64,000 nt of DNA, taken from assembly GCA_002269645.1 (NCBI GenBank), contig NIVC01002466.1:62001-126000 (forward strand), given 5' to 3'. Positions within the stretch are counted from its first letter, which is position 1. Every line of letters begins with the position of its first letter. The DNA comes from Macrostomum lignano. Taxonomy: Eukaryota. Below the pieces are notes generated by a model, which did no database searches, was not told where the DNA came from, and saw only the letters and a list, made by a program, of their open reading frames with translations. Of this stretch, positions 56,448-64,000 are shown piece after piece. A program made the position numbers and the translations under genes.

Positions 56448-58241
56448 ATGAGACAGTGTCCTGTTAATCTGGTCTTCTGGCTGGCGGTAGCGCTGCTGCT
56501 GACTGATACCTGTGCCTCTCAGTAAGTTCCCCGCTATCTCCATGTAGATTAATTTTCCCATGTTTCCCATATCTTTCTAAGCATATTCGCTCCGCACTTC
56601 AGAGACAGTGCGGTGCCAGTGTGTTCAAGGGAGACATTTTCTCTGGAATCGGAGACAAGGACGCCAACGATGTTTACAAGGGTATTAACTGAAACCGTTG
56701 CTAGCATTCTTGACTGCGCAATGCTCTGCACCAAGCGCCCCGACTGTCTGTCGTTTGGATTCTCTGTCGAGGCGTTCGAGTGCCGAATGTCGAATGAAAA
56801 TGCCGGAATTCCGGACTCGCGGTTCGTATTTTATCGCAGAAATTTTTGTGAGCGGATTTTTTTTCGTTTTCCGGAACAAAAATCTAGCGTTAGATTTTTA
56901 CTGAAATAAGATTGAAATAAATATGATTCATATCACGCTTTCCTACATGCAGATTCGACATCATCGTGCAAAAACACCGTCTCGGCAACTGATGACGGCC
57001 GCTTGTGGTGTCCCATCCAGCAGCGAGTGAGCGACTCTGTCAGCTTCGAGCAGAGTTGGAGCAGCTACGAGACTGGGTTCGGCAACGAACTTAACTTCTG
57101 GATCGGTCTGTTGCTTTTTGTGATTTAAAAAGCTTGTTTAGCACCAGAAAGAGTTCCAATCATGGACTGCTAAAGTACAAGGATGCTAAGACTCGCAATT
57201 CGTGCGAATTCCGCTTGAGGTCGTTTCTCGCTGAAAAAAGCATTAGGCTAGTCAGTTGGGTACTTTTCAGCTGTCTTGTTCAAGATGCGCTCACAAGTGT
57301 GTCGAGAAAAAGTTTGAAAATTTATTTTTGAACTTCTGATCTTAAGGGCCCGTTCTATAAAGCCATCGTAAGATACGATCGTTCTTAGCTCCTATCTCCG
57401 TAGTGTAAAAGTTCCGACGTACGATCGAACTTACGCTACGACAGCTTTATAGTACGACCCCTTAATGCTAATTCTTCAGCGAAAATTGGCCTACTTTAGT
57501 GTTGTTCGTTCGTCTACTTTAATTTGTTTCCAATGTATAAAGGCCCAGGAGTATACTCGCGCGCCGCGACCCCTTGGTTCGATTCCGTTGCGCGGCCGCA
57601 TTCATTTGGGGTTTGTTGTGCAATTCACAACCATGAGACCCAAGCCCCAGGGCACAGAGAGTGTACATGCATGCCTGATGATTATAAAGTCTGGGCTGCT
57701 GTTCACCCTGTGTGAGCGAGTGCATGATTGTGTGCCTGCGTACAGCATCGGTTGGGACGGCTGGGTGTCCGCAACCCACCTAAAGTTGTCCACGTTCAAA
57801 ACATTACCAGGCCTGCTGGACATTCACGAGCTCAGCTCGGTACTGGATGATGGTGTGACTCTGCTGGTTGAAATTTTCTCCTGGCACGAAGAGAAGCTGT
57901 TTCAAGAGTACTCCAACTTTCGAGTTCAAGACGCCAGATCGAAATATAATATGACTGTGGGACGCTTGGAGAGGACTCGCTCGAACTTTTTCTACAACAA
58001 TCTCGGCTATCACAGTGGAATGCGGTTCTCCACGATGGAACAAGACAATGACCTACTGGGTGGCTCCTGCTCTACATATTTCCACGGCAACTCCGGCTGG
58101 TGGTTCAAGTCCTGCGCTCGAGCAAACCCCAACGGCCTGTACTCCAATTCGGAGGTCAACAGCCCAAGTGCGATTTGCTGGATGCGGAACGGCAGCTGGA
58201 CTTCGGTCAAAGCAACTCGACTGTCGCTAAACATACCTTGA
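56448..58241 (+). CDS. Secreted PAN + FReD protein, copy B. Model join(56448..56521,56603..56847,56953..57105,57811..58241)
   Basis: Same exon lengths, intact GT-AG sites and open frame as copy A. Confidence 0.92.
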
Positions 58242-58789
58242 GCGACGTCACCTCTGAGGCTCTAATCAAGTAATGATTGGGATGCTTGGGGTTCAACTGC
58301 ACTCCTGCAGCCAGCTGTACCCTGGGCAACCTGCGACCGAGCACTGTGTGGTAGCAGAACTTGAAAGTCAACAATCGCTCGATTCAGTTCACGCATGTAA
58401 ATCCAATAGTTTAGAGCTAAAATAAACAAACTAAATTTAAGCTCGATCTGAATACGATCGAGCTCCTGCTGAGGGAAACTGTCCACTGCGCATTAATTGT
58501 GTGTGTCCAGCTGTGTATGTCTCTCACACGTTCGAATGCATGCGTTTCTAGGGGTCTTTGCCGATGCCTTCCGGATCTCTTAAATGTAGCATGGGTATTA
58601 GCATGTAACTAGCAATCTAGTGCGGCCCCCCTTCGGGGCGCCCAATAAGAAAGGAGCAAAAATAGTTCACGGAAAACAATAAAAAAGCACATTTTCTTAA
58701 ACACCAATTCCTTCTTCACTTTTAAAAATCACCTTAGCTTGTATTCGGGTAAAATTGTCACGGACAAAGATGTTTAAAGGACGGGGCTC

Positions 58790-60475
58790 ACAACACTATG
58801 TTCACCAGCCACCAAAACTGGAGGATCGAACCGCTCTCCCTCTATGGCAAACCCGTTGCCATGGAGAAACAAACCAGATGTCTGGGTGTCACGCTCAACC
58901 ACAGGTTGAGTTGGATCCCGCACATCCAAACCAAAGCCCGCAAAGCTCTCGCGACTCTCGCGCAGATCCGCAGAGCTTTCGGCGCTACCTGGGGCCTCAC
59001 CCCGCCGCCTCTGGTGGATCTACACTGCCATTGTTAGACCGGCCATCTCGTTCGCCGGCTTCATTTGGAACAGTGCCCTAGAGGTGAAAGGGGTTCTTGG
59101 TTCTAAATAGGGTGCAAGGCCGCGCTTGTCGAGCTATCATGAGCGCGGCTGCCTCTACGCCCTTCGCTGGCATGAACTCCTTCCTGGCATTCCCCCCCTC
59201 GACCTCTTTGTCAGAGGAGAGGCAATGAAGACCACCCGCCGTCTGCTTAACGCGGGTGTCCAAATCCAGAAGCAGTTCACCTTCAGAAAGCGGAACCTCC
59301 GGCCGTACGGCGACCTCAGCCTGCGAGACCTGGAACCAGCGGGAGGCCTGCTGATCCTCTCGGACGGAATCCCGTCCACGCTCTGCCCTCCGCTCAAATT
59401 CAAAACCAGCATTCCACCACGTCATGAAGCAAGGGACGATTGGAAATCCCGTGAAATCGCTTCACTGACGGGTCCCAAATCAACTCCGCCTCTGGCTACG
59501 GCTATTGCATCGTGTCTGGAGGGAGAACTGTGGCGACCTTCTCCCAACACACCGGCACCTGCTCCACCGTCTTCCAGAACGAAGTTCTCGCCATTAGCTC
59601 CTGCGCCATGGAGCTGTACAATCAGCGCGTCTGGGGGAAGGAGATTACCCTCCACTCGGACAGTCAAGCGGCGATTCACGCCCTTGAGCACACCACCACC
59701 TGCTCGCGTACAGTCCTCGAGTGCATCGGGCAGCTCAACCGCTTAGGCGCCTCCAACAAGGTGTCCCTAAGGTGGATCCCCGGGCACTCGGGCCGCCCCG
59801 GCAACGAGTTGGCCGATCGCATGGCCAAGGCTGGCTTGACCGGTTCTTTTACTGGTCCCCTGCCCGTGGCCCCACCCCCATCGCCGTTGTCACCACTCAG
59901 ATCAACCAGTGGGTGGCTTCAAAGCACAGGGAGAGGTGGGCTAACGCCCCCGACTGCCGGCAATCCCGTGCAGCTGTCCCCTGTCCCTCCTCCGCCCTGC
60001 GCAAGGCCCTGCTTGGACTCAACCGCAGGGACATCAGGGCGGTGACCATGGCCCTCTCGGGTCATGGCTGTTTTGCCAGGCATCGCTACCTCCAGGAAAA
60101 AATCCGCAGTGAGGAATGCCCTTTCTGCCTCTCCGGTGTCGAGAATGCGGAGCACTTCATCTGTGAATGCCCCGCCTTTACTCAGGACAGGCTCACCTAC
60201 CTCGGCCCAAACCCGGACCTCTCCGACGTTTTCAGGCCCGAGAATCTCTGCCAGCTCGTCCGCTACCTAAGGGCTACCGGGCGAGCGACAATCCACCTCC
60301 TGGACTCTCTGGAGGGGACCGCGCTGCGGACACCGGCACCACCGGAACTCCCTGCGCAACACCGCAGCACCAGCTGCCCGTGGTCGCCAGGGCTTAGCGA
60401 AATGGGCGGCAACGCCTCCTCGCTGCTTCCGGACGCAGGGAGCCCCTGCAGCTAAGTCAAGTAAGTCAAGTCAAG
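58790..60475 (+). mobile_element. 5'-truncated non-LTR retrotransposon with RNase H (LOA/R1/I-like), frameshifted
   Basis: RCLGVTLNHRLSWIPHI (RT C-terminus). RNase [57 protein letters not shown] knuckle. 3' tail TAAGTCAAG TAAGTCAAG TCAAG. Confidence 0.92.
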
Positions 60476-63400
60476 GCCACTGATTGTCACACCACAAGCT
60501 GCGCATTATCAACAGCTTAGGTTGGCCAGCCGGTTGCGCTTGATCTGGGCGCTTCGCAGTCGGCCATGCACCGTGTCGAAGGCGCTCTGCAGATTCTGAG
60601 TCCGCCGCAGGAAGCCATGATGTCCACCGTCGGCTGCCGGCCGGTCGCCGCTTATCAGCCAGCTGTCGAGAGCCAGCCTCGGTGGCCAGCCGTGGAGGAC
60701 CTGGTACGGACTGAGGCCGGTGGTGTTGTGCACGGAGGTGTTGTAGGCCCAGGTCACATACGGCAGCTTGCTGTCCCAGTCCTGCTGGTTCTCGGCCACC
60801 GTCGTCGCCAGCATGTCGTCGAGCGTCTGGTTGCCTCGCTCGACGATTCCGTTGCCGCTCGGATGAAACGGCGACGAGGGCGTCTTCTCGACGCCCAGCT
60901 GCTCGCAGAGCCGGCCGAACACCTCGCTCTCGAATTGCCGTCCCTGGTCACTGTGCAGCACCTGAGGAGCGCCGTGACGCAGAACCACCGACTTGAGCAG
61001 CGCATCCGCCACCGTAACCGCACCAACGGTTACCGCACCGGCAGCCTCAGTACCGGAGCCGTCGTCAGCCGGTCCGTCAACTTGCGGAACGCTCGCTCGC
61101 AGTCGCTGCTCCACGCGAAGTCCCTCGATTACACGCTGACATCGTGCAGGACCCTCGCCGTCTGGCTGATGCCTGGGATGAACCGGCGGTAGAACCCCAG
61201 CATTCCGAGAAACCGCTTCACCTCCTCGGTCGTCGTTAGGCTAGGCATGCTGCGAATGGCCTCGACCTTGACGGGATCCGGTGCGATGCCCTGCTCGCTG
61301 ATCAGGTGTCCCAGGTACAGCACCCGGCGATGGCTGAACGCGCTCTTGGCCTTGTGCAGCTTGAGTCCTGCGTCTCGCAACCACTTAAAAACTTCCGCCA
61401 GCCTCTCTAAGTGCTCGTCGAACGTCCTGCTGAAGACAATGATGTCGTCGATGTAAGTCAGCACGGACTGCCAGGACAGACCGAACATCGCCAGCTTCAT
61501 GAGCCACTGGAATGTCGCCAGGGCGTTGCACATCCCGAAGCCCATCTTGCAGAATTGCATCAGGCCGCACGTCAAATAGAAGGCCGTCTTGTACCGGTCC
61601 TCCTCCGCCACCTCCACCTGGTGGTAGCCCTGCCGGCAGTCGATGGTGGAGAACCAAGAGCATCCGACAAGCGCTGCAGGTGCGGTAGCGGGTACGCGTC
61701 CGTGACGGTGCAGGCGTTGAGCTTCCGCCAGTCCGTGCACAGTCTGATGTCGCCGTTCTTCTTGCGTACCACCAGCAGGTTGCTGGCCCATGGCGATGTC
61801 GACGGCTCGATGATTCCGCTGTCCAGCATCTGGCTGATCTTCTTGTCCACCTGGTCTCGCACAGACAGCGGCAGCCGGCGCGGAACCTGCCGGTGTGGCC
61901 GCTCTCCCGGCTCCAGCTCGATCTGGTGCTGCAGCAACGCCGTCGTGCCCAGGTCGTACTCGTGCCTGGCGAACAGGTCCTCGTTGCGCTCCAGCAGCTG
62001 TCGCAGCCTCGCAGCATCCGGTTCAGGCAGCTCCGGGTTGATGTTCCAACCGATGGGGGTCTCCTGGGCCGCCTCCTGGCGACCGTCCCCGTCTGTCATC
62101 GCTCCTTCGAACGTGCCGACCGCCTTGTTGGAGTACAGCAGCACGGGCTACTCTGCCAGGTTGCACATTTTCACCGGGATGCGGCAGCCGTCTGAGACCG
62201 CCAGCACGCAGGCCGGCAGGACGGCGGTGGACTTCACGAAGTCCTCAGACGGCTCAAAGACTCCCTGCTCGTCGCTGGAATCCACCTTGAGCCACACCAG
62301 CTTCTCGCGACAGTCTGCTCGAGCCGGCTCGCTGCTGAAAGGCACAGCTGTGCTGTCGAACTTGACGACGCCTTCTTTAATGTCGATGGTCATCGCCTGC
62401 GACACCTCGCCGATGAAGTTCATGCCGGTGATCAGGCTGGGCTGGATGCCGTCCACGACTGTGAAGCGATGGCACACGCGGATAGTCTGGCCGATCGAAA
62501 CATCCGCTGCTGACAGGCCAAGGCAGCGCAGCCGGGATTCGTCGACAGCCATCGGCAGCGCACCGATGTTGGTGGAGTCTATCTTGTACGCCAATCTGTC
62601 GAACAGCAACTTGTCCATCAACGAAACTTGCGCGCCGGTGTCGAGCAGAGCAGGCGCTGACACGCTGCCAAAGTGCACCTTCACGAAGACTGAAGGCGCT
62701 GATCTGAGGGCTTCTTTTGAGCGGGTCGGTGCTGGCCCCAGGCTGCCGACCCTCGGAAGTTTCCCTGCGGCTGTCTAGTTGGTGTCGGGCACACCGCGGC
62801 GGAATGACCCTTGCCTGAGCACCGGCTGCAGCGGCTGTCGATCGTCTTTGGGCACCGCCTAGCGATGTGACCCGGCTCGCCGCAGCTGAAGCACTTAATG
62901 GGTCCCTTCTGACGCCTGTCTCTTCCGTGTGGTCCCGTTCGCACGCTGGCTGCCAGCTGCTGCATCTGCTGCTCCAGCTTTCGTCGTCCGGGACGGAGTC
63001 GTCCGGGCGGGCCCGAGGGTGGAGAAGCTTCAGGCTGTAGTCGAGCTCCCTCAGCGACTCGTTGGGCTGTCGCTTTCGCTCTTCAAACTCCTCCATTGCT
63101 CTGTAGCAGCTCAGACCTTTGCCAAAACACTCGATCAGCTTCTCCTTCAGCTTTTCATAGCTGACTGACACGTCTGCCGGCTGCTCCCAGACGAAGATTT
63201 GCTCTTCTCCTGTCACCAGCAGTCTCAGCTTCTTTGCCTTCTTCTTGTCGTCCCATTCGCAGTCGTCGGCGAAGTCTTCAAACGTGCTGAGCCACATTCT
63301 CACGGAGTCGCCGCTAAACTTTGAAGGCAATAAACTGGCTTGCTCTGATTTGGCCATGCTGAGACCGCTGCCACCAGTGTAAGACCGTGGGTTAAGTTGC

Positions 63401-63641
63401 AGTGAATAACAAAACGTGAGGAGACCTCACTGGCTCACGCCAATATATTTATTGCCAAAGTTGGGGTGGGTGCAACCACCCTAAGCACACACGCTGCAGC
63501 GCAAAACCCAACCCCAAGACAAGCCAGACGTGCACATCCAAGTGCCAGACTACACTACAGTGCATATATCGATTTTATACACCTTTCTACTCTGCTTATC
63601 CTACTGTGGGTACATGTACACGATATTGCAGAAGTCACACA
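60476..63641 (-). mobile_element. Second Ty3/Gypsy element, degenerate: 5' LTR, PBS, gag, protease, RT, partial integrase; RNase H and 3' LTR missing
   Basis: gag from ATG 63357 with two CCHC knuckles (CFSCGEPGHIARRC, CSRCSGKGHSAAVC). Protease LLDTGAQVSL. RT LTYIDDIIVF. Integrase HSDQGRQFES..GNGIVERGN. LTR ends ...CTTACA at 63378 and contains AATAAA; its outer boundary is uncertain. Confidence 0.9.
63364..63376 (-). promoter_or_regulatory. Primer-binding site complementary to the tRNA-Leu 3' end
   Basis: TGGTGGCAGCGGT one base after the LTR-terminal CA; complementary to ...ACCGCTGCCACCA of eukaryotic tRNA-Leu. Confidence 0.8.
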
Positions 63642-64000
63642 AGCGCTGCAAGAAATATTTCAATTGTTAAAAATAGACAGTAACTACCTAAAGTTAAACA
63701 TGTACAATTATGCGCATGAGCTTGTGTACATGTGTACAAGCGTACATTATGTAAATGTATGTGGCGCTTTCATCAATAAGACCTTTTCATTGCAAAACAA
63801 AACTATATTTCTCAGTTTTCGCACAAGCACATCCCAATTGTCACCTAGCTTCTCTTTGTCGTGCTATGATAAAAATGGCACAAATCAACACTATGATAAA
63901 AAAGAGAAAAGAACACAGATAATCTGATTTAAAAACATTTCCACAAGATTTAGCAACAGTCGCAAAAACTAACCTAACAACTGAACACCTACAAGCCAAT

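Larger units (their letters stand above)
43751..58426. repeat. Tandem segmental duplication, copy B (~14.7 kb)
   Basis: Colinear with 29074-43750. Junction CAAA (43751-54) is shared by both parental ends (29074-77 and 58427-30). Confidence 0.95.

Noticed and set aside
57465-57810. N-terminal extension of the 258-aa FReD ORF in copy B
   Set aside because: This is intron 3 sequence that happens to be open. Copy A has stops there, and the FWIG|LLDIH splice restores the domain.
58555-58660. HDV-like ribozyme or structured RNA upstream of the LINE (C-TTCG-G hairpin)
   Set aside because: Only a short hairpin. P1/P2/P3/P1.1 could not be assigned, and it is ~130 nt from a 5'-truncated element.

Overview
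Eukaryotic genomic DNA: GC-rich spliced exons, GT-AG introns and many minisatellite arrays. The architecture resembles a free-living flatworm such as Macrostomum (inference only). From left to right: (1) the last coding exon of an unidentified gene; (2) two tandem, diverged AK2-type adenylate kinase genes (+), each with minisatellite-filled intron(s) at different positions; (3) a 5-exon NET1/ARHGEF3-like DH-PH RhoGEF (-), head-to-head with a PX-SH3-SH3-proline-rich p47phox/NOXO1/Tks-like gene (+); (4) a ~14.7 kb direct tandem duplication (29074-43750 / 43751-58426, 4-bp CAAA microhomology at the junction). Each copy carries a secreted PAN/apple + LamG-like gene (-), a deleted Ty3/Gypsy element with a nested RNase H-type LINE, and a secreted PAN + fibrinogen-domain gene (+); (5) a second 5'-truncated RNase H-type LINE and a second deleted Gypsy element with a tRNA-Leu PBS. 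About 20 distinct tandem arrays are present; none is CRISPR. The strongest leads are apparent de novo intron gain by repeat insertion in the AK paralogs, templated-insertion repair scars between the duplicate copies that look like minisatellite seeds, and a sharply CpG-depleted 1.9 kb block. All gene models, alignments and counts were made by eye, without tools or database searches.
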